A stretch of 64,000 nt of DNA, from assembly GCF_001447785.1 (NCBI RefSeq), contig NW_015165855.1:616338-680337 (forward strand), in the 5' to 3' direction. Positions 62,181-64,000 of the stretch are shown here, one piece after another; the first letter of the stretch is position 1; every line of letters begins with the position of its first letter. The notes under the pieces were generated by a model. It worked only from the letters and a program-made list of their open reading frames with translations. It was not told the DNA's origin and made no database searches. A program made the translations under genes and the position numbers. Source of the DNA: Gekko japonicus (lineage: Eukaryota).

Positions 62181-64000
62181 TCTGCTGATTTTGAAAAACT
62201 GAAGGCATGTTTTCCAGAGGCTAAATTTTCAACTACATTTTGTCTGATATGCAAAAAAATTGTCTATATAAATAGAAAATATGGCTGAAAGTCTTATGTT
62301 TACTCATCTTCCTTCTACGTGAGAAAGTCATTCATTAAGAGTTCTGGAGGCTATTTATTCTAGTCAAATACTCTTTGGTTTTTGTTTTTAAAATAAGTTT
62401 ATTAGAATGTCCAACATAATAAAAGATTCCCCCCCCCTTTGTTGCCTATTAAATGTTGTTACTACAGTACTTTTAACATTAAATAACCACATGTATAAGA
62501 AAGTATACCTGCGTACATAATAGTTGATATGTGTTTCAAAAATAAAATTCCAGAATGACTAACGTTGTTGAGGTGGCCAGGCTACACTTACTGTTTCCAT
62601 AAGGAAAGGACTTCATGGTTTAAAGGATTTATTTGTTGTGTTTTTATCCTGCTGTCCCTCCAAGGAGCCCAGAGTGGTGCACGTGGAGTTCCCCTCCTCC
62701 ATTTTTTTAATCCTCACAACAACCCTGCGAGGTAGGTGGTTTTTAACATGCGGGGGCAGCAGCAAGTGTAGTGACGGGGGAATAGCTGAGGCTATTTATT
62801 AAATTATTTATAAACATTTGTACCCCACCTTCCCTTGTGGTTCATGGCAGCTTACAATAATAGTTTTATATTTATATTTATACATTCGATTTATTTACCG
62901 CTCTGACCCCGAAGGGTCTCTGAGCGGTTAACAGGTAGTTTCAAATACATTTTTCCCTAACTAAGGCCACATAGTATACAGGGGTGGGGCTGCCTACTGG
63001 CACCCAGGTGGCAGGGCTGTTGTTCTCCGGCTCCGGCATTCTTCCTCCAGGTGGTCTTCGGGGTTGGCATCCCATCTCCGGTGTCCAGGGGCAGGGGCAG
63101 GTCCTCCAGCTTTGGCGGTCTCTTCGGCGCGCGGTGTTTAAAAACACTTCCAGTTAAAACCAGAATAAAACAGCAGACCCCAGTATGTCATCCCATGTGT
63201 GAAATTAACTGTTCTCCACCATCAAACCTGCCCGAACTGTTCTGGTGCTGTTGCAGTGATCCCTACATGTGAGCAGAAAGTGAGCCAAACCAGCAAGGGA
63301 TCAAGAATCCATGTTTTATTCTTCTGTCTGTGTTCCACTGGATGATAGCAGAGCATTGCCAATAACTATTTTAGCAGTCAGAGATTATGTAGGTTTCCAC
63401 TCATTTTGGCTGCTGGCTACACCATTCTGTGTCCCTGTAAAGGGAGTGGGCGTTCGATGGGACAGAGAGGACTAGTCATATCGATGGCGCATAAATCCAC
63501 AGGAAAGTCCTGCACAGTGGATACGCCTGCTGCATGCTAAGCAGTGGCAGTGGCCGTTACAGAATTCCACAAAGCCACACTGGGGCTCACCTGCTGCCCC
63601 CCTCCAATGGCCCCAGGGCCCAAACTTCATTGGTTCGAGCAACTCAGAAATCAAACACTGTGGGTAATTAAACCAGATAATTTCCAAACCTTAAGTCACA
63701 AACTGGTCCTTTACTGCCATTAGAGAATCCAATGCAGTTTTAAATTAGAATTACCAGAGACATGCAAAAGAAAACAGTTTTCTGTTTCACACTACAAGCT
63801 ACACATTATACAGAGAGGACACAAGCCAGGCAGATTTCAGACTTCAGAAACTGGATGTAGGTCACTCTCGGGGGTAAACCACACGTGCAGTACAATAAGA
63901 TGGTAGAGTCCTGAGGTGACAGAATGCATGGTGGCATTTCAGATGGCTGGTGGGCTTCCTGCACATAAATATGTGTCAAAAAGACAAAAATTGAGGCTTG

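Overview
Eukaryotic (vertebrate) DNA, not prokaryotic: part of the variable region of a clustered protocadherin-gamma (Pcdhg) locus from a squamate reptile, probably a gecko, judged from Sauria and Squam3-type SINEs plus BovB, L2, CR1 and L1. Eight large variable exons lie on the minus strand, each encoding signal peptide, EC1-6, TM and variable cytoplasmic part. In transcription order they are gA, gA, gB, gA (frameshifted), gB, gB, gB, gB (the last runs off the window). Each has its own CSE/CTCF promoter element 170-250 bp upstream of the ATG, and the seven complete exons end in a GT donor. The constant exons are outside the window. Spacers are filled with TEs (PIF/Harbinger and hAT MITEs, SINEs, LINEs, Copia, Penelope), an RPL36 retro-pseudogene and one N-gap. 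The cluster itself is a known system, and I found no wholly new gene system. Most unusual observations: (1) a Harbinger-like MITE whose internal hairpin is replaced by an exact 103-bp copy of the neighbouring Pcdh ATG and signal peptide, with the same hairpin also being the junction of a chimeric MITE; (2) a CRELD2-EGF/L1/L2 chimeric retro-insert nested in a Sauria SINE; (3) loss of the CSE CpG in 4 of 5 gB promoters but none of the gA promoters; (4) a gB isoform with an in-frame EC6 deletion; (5) a frameshifted gA exon with BovB next to its promoter. Family and TE names come from motif recognition by eye, not database searches.
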